This document shows positions 32,280 to 35,337 of a DNA stretch of 35,337 nt, piece by piece. Under the pieces are notes generated by a model that made no database searches, had not been told where the DNA came from, and worked only from the letters and a program-made list of their open reading frames with translations. Position 1 is the stretch's first letter. Each line of letters begins with the position of its first letter. This stretch comes from Octopus bimaculoides (Eukaryota). A program made the position numbers and the translations under genes. The DNA lies in contig NC_068984.1 of the NCBI RefSeq assembly GCF_001194135.2, positions 130,205,540-130,240,876 of the forward strand, written 5' to 3'.

Positions 32280-34520
32280 CTATTTATTTCTGTACAACAT
32301 CAAATAAGAAGGTTCTAAGGTCCTAGTCGAGATCTATAGTCTTTATGCTGCATGTTTTTATATAAGCCTACAAAAAAGTTTCAATATAGCTCTTAATCTC
32401 TCTCATGTATTAAAAAAGGGTAAAATTGAAACCCTTACTGATTCTAACAACGTGAAGGCCTCCTGTACCAAAAAATATGAGAGGCCTACCCGATGTCTCT
32501 TGCATTTATACTGCATCTCCTCTATAAGCTAGCAACAAAGCTTCTATAATGCTAAATCTTCCTCAAAGCAGGCCTTAGTGGTTTAGAAAAGGAAAAAAGT
32601 GAAGCCCGAGCAGATTCCAACAACGTGAAGGCCTTTTATATCATCAACTATGAGGTGTCTATAACATTTATAGAGCATACCCTGTATATGCCAGCAAGGA
32701 AGCTTCTGTAATGTTAAATCTTTCTCAAAGAACATCTTAATGGTTTTGAAAAAGCAAAATGTGAAACCCTTGTTGAGTCTAACAACGTGAAGGCCCTCCT
32801 ATACCAATTTGTTCGAGGTCTGTTATCTCCAGAAAGATGGTAACGTACCAATGAAGAGTAGAGGTGGTTCACATCTTCACACCGAGAAAAGAGATATCAT
32901 AAAACACAAGGAGGAAGATTTTGGTGAGCAACTAAAATGACAACATTTTTCTCGGGAGGATCTAAAATGTATTCTTCATTAATATTCGGAAGATACCAGT
33001 TTGGATATACCGATGAATATGAAGAAACTGTTAGCTGCCGTCCTCGAGTCAAAACAGAGGAAGGTCCCTTGTGTTGATCATATCCCAATAGAAATCTATA
33101 AAACAATGAGAAAGAATTGTGTTTCAATCTGCTTCAGTTCTTTAGGGAATATTGGAAAAACGGTAACCTCTCGCGATAGTTCGATGATGCACAAGAAGTC
33201 ATCAATTAAAAGCAGAAGAGGGATCAACAGAAATGCGTAAACTATCGAGGATTTTCCCCTCCCTCGATTGCAAAGAAAATTTTGACGAAATTACTGATCA
33301 GACGATTGCAAAAAATGTCTGAACGAATGCTTCTTGAATGCTAGTAAGGGGTCTCATGAGTTTAGGAGTATCAAAGGCATGAATTACACCATACAACTAA
33401 ACCAGGAAAAGAATATCGAACAGCCAGTCCTCCACTTCGTCGTCGTCTTGTTCAAAAGATTTGGATATCCAAACTGATATGCATTAAGACTAGTTTATCT
33501 TTCTTGGGTTTTATTCTCTATTTAGCAAACATATGTTGTACTTGCTACAAACCGGAAGAGGGTCTCAAAAGAGACTGATTTATAATAGTACATCAAAGGA
33601 GGCTATTTATATCTAAGTTTTGGTTCAGAGACAAATTTGTGAAAATAATCAAGCAGTCCCACGATGGTATAACTTAATCTGATCTCTCGTGGGAATGACA
33701 ACTCGACCTTCTTTCCGATTGCTCATACGGCTGCATACTGGCTCCAACGCCTTTGCGATATTTCTGGGAGACGTGCTTGAAAACATAGCGAACGGACTGA
33801 CAGGTGGGAGGTATAACCGTGAGGTTGTTGAACTTGTCTAAACTAACTTGCGCTAGAAACTGCTGCCATGTGTGTATCGATAAACATATCTTCATCGATG
33901 TCTCAACTTCGCTAAAAGATAACCAAATAATTACACATCATCTTGTATGTGTCGTGACAACATTCTGCTTATCGATTGATATAAAATGAACTGAAGTCAT
34001 GTACCAACCTATACGTGGTGCGCCGGGACGTGTACTTCCAATCGCTTCCTGATTGCCAATCAACTTTTAAGTTGGGGAAGAAGTTCACATATTAAGGCAA
34101 TGCGATTTTTTGATGACAAGTGCCTGGGTGTGACGGTGACATAAAGCTATCGACAAAATACGTGTACAGTGTAGTAGTGCTATTCTGTCTGTTGTACTCG
34201 GCCGACACACTGTATCGTCGACACATCAAAAAATTGACTAAAACTTTAATGATTATTTCTTAGCGAAAGCCTTATATCTCCAACCACGTAATCCAACAGC
34301 GCACAAATAGTCTAATGTTAAGGTTATCCTGCTGGAATCGCTGTTGTGGAGAATGGGACATGTGATTCATATAGAGGAGGCTAGGACCACAAAGACTGTG
34401 CTCTACATCTTCGATGTTCCACCGGGCCAAATGTGTGACTACCAAGGTCGGGGTCTATGTCTAGTCACGAATACATGGACGCCTAAAAGAATTTAGGAAA
34501 ACACAGTACATGTTATCAAG
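32280..34520 (+). mobile_element. Decayed RTE-clade LINE (linker, RT, C-terminus)
   Basis: ADSNNVKAFY linker; MKSRGGSHLHTEKRDII; DHIPIEIYK; CVNYRGFSPPSIAKKILTKLLIRRLQKMSERMLLEC (from 33234); KFVKIIKQSHDG; LLWRMGHVIHIEEARTTKTVLY (~34341). Confidence 0.8.
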
Positions 34521-35163
34521 CCATACTCACTCGTGAATAATGACTCTGGCTGTTATCTGTTGCTGAAGCGCTTCTGATCTTCTCTTGAGAGCATTAATTT
34601 CACTCACAATGATTAAGCAGGGTTTGGATGCCTATCCTGAAATTGCATATGGTTCTAACAGAATTAAAATGGTCTTTCTCGAGTAATTTAGTGGCCAATG
34701 GTTTCAAGAGAATTAATAGGACGTTTCTTTAAAAGCAGCAAAAACGATAGGTCGAGTTTCCTGTTGATCTCCCTGCTGTGTACAGCATGGACTCCTTCGA
34801 TTACTGTTTTATTACCTGTGTGTACGTCTGTAAATGTGTACACGCGCGCGTGTGTGTGTAACATCCTGTTACAATATAATGTGGCTCGTCAGAAAGGCAC
34901 GACGAACAAGGACATCTGTTGTTACTGATCTGTTAACTTCAACACGCGAGTCGAAGCGATTAATGGAAGTCTCAAACTCTTCTCAAACGGAAGATATATA
35001 TTTTTTTTCTTCGTCACTGAGACCCCAGTACATCTGATGACTTAGACTTACATATTTTCGTCTATGTAACTTGAAGTCAAGTTGATCTCAGGAGGCTGAA
35101 CCTCACAGCACAAAGAACAACAGCAAATGGTAAGAACATCATGCTGGAGAGGTTCGTCTAATC

Positions 35164-35337
35164 CGGGGGTTCTCAGCCATTTTTTAAACTTTGGATTCCT
35201 TCGATTACTATTTTATTCTGGTGGACCTCCATAACCATTCAATGTTGAAAAACTAGTTTTATAGAAATCCCTTAAAATTCCTACTCTGTTTTCCATATAC
35301 CAAGTTGAGTTGGTTGAACTATGTTGAGTAATAAATT
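35164..35337 (-). mobile_element. hAT MITE end, same family as 29143-29869
   Basis: Matches the reverse complement of 29760-29869 (CTATTTT..TGGAC...ACCATTCAATGTT); runs toward the window edge. Confidence 0.7.

Noticed and set aside
34560-35120. Short ORFs on both strands after the RTE remnant
   Set aside because: No recognisable protein motif or splice pattern.

Overview
Eukaryotic, repeat-saturated, gapped scaffold with 12 N-gaps, many flanked by (TA)n. It has dense microsatellites and no host gene that I can identify with confidence. The SINE families and style point to an octopus or other cephalopod short-read assembly; this is inference from recalled octopus SINEs, not a database hit. 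Most ORFs in the track are artefacts of microsatellites or N-runs. The identifiable content is a transposon graveyard. DNA elements: a full-length TA-flanked Tc1/mariner element (maT/DD37D-like, 6317-7713), two further Tc1/mariner fragments, hAT MITEs, a Helitron helicase remnant and a DINE-1/HINE-like element. Retroelements: RTE, Tx1 and R4/Dong-like LINE remnants plus many copies of three tRNA-derived SINE groups. The most interesting signals are (i) a ~200-bp two-copy element carrying a Penelope-type minimal hammerhead ribozyme fold with a shared non-canonical U at core position 6, (ii) a separate canonical hammerhead core at 26891, (iii) two different R4/Dong-like 3' ends joined head-to-tail through a (TAA)n tract, and (iv) a GTCGA-N5-TCGAC hairpin shared by two SINE families. 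I see no evidence of a new multi-gene system.
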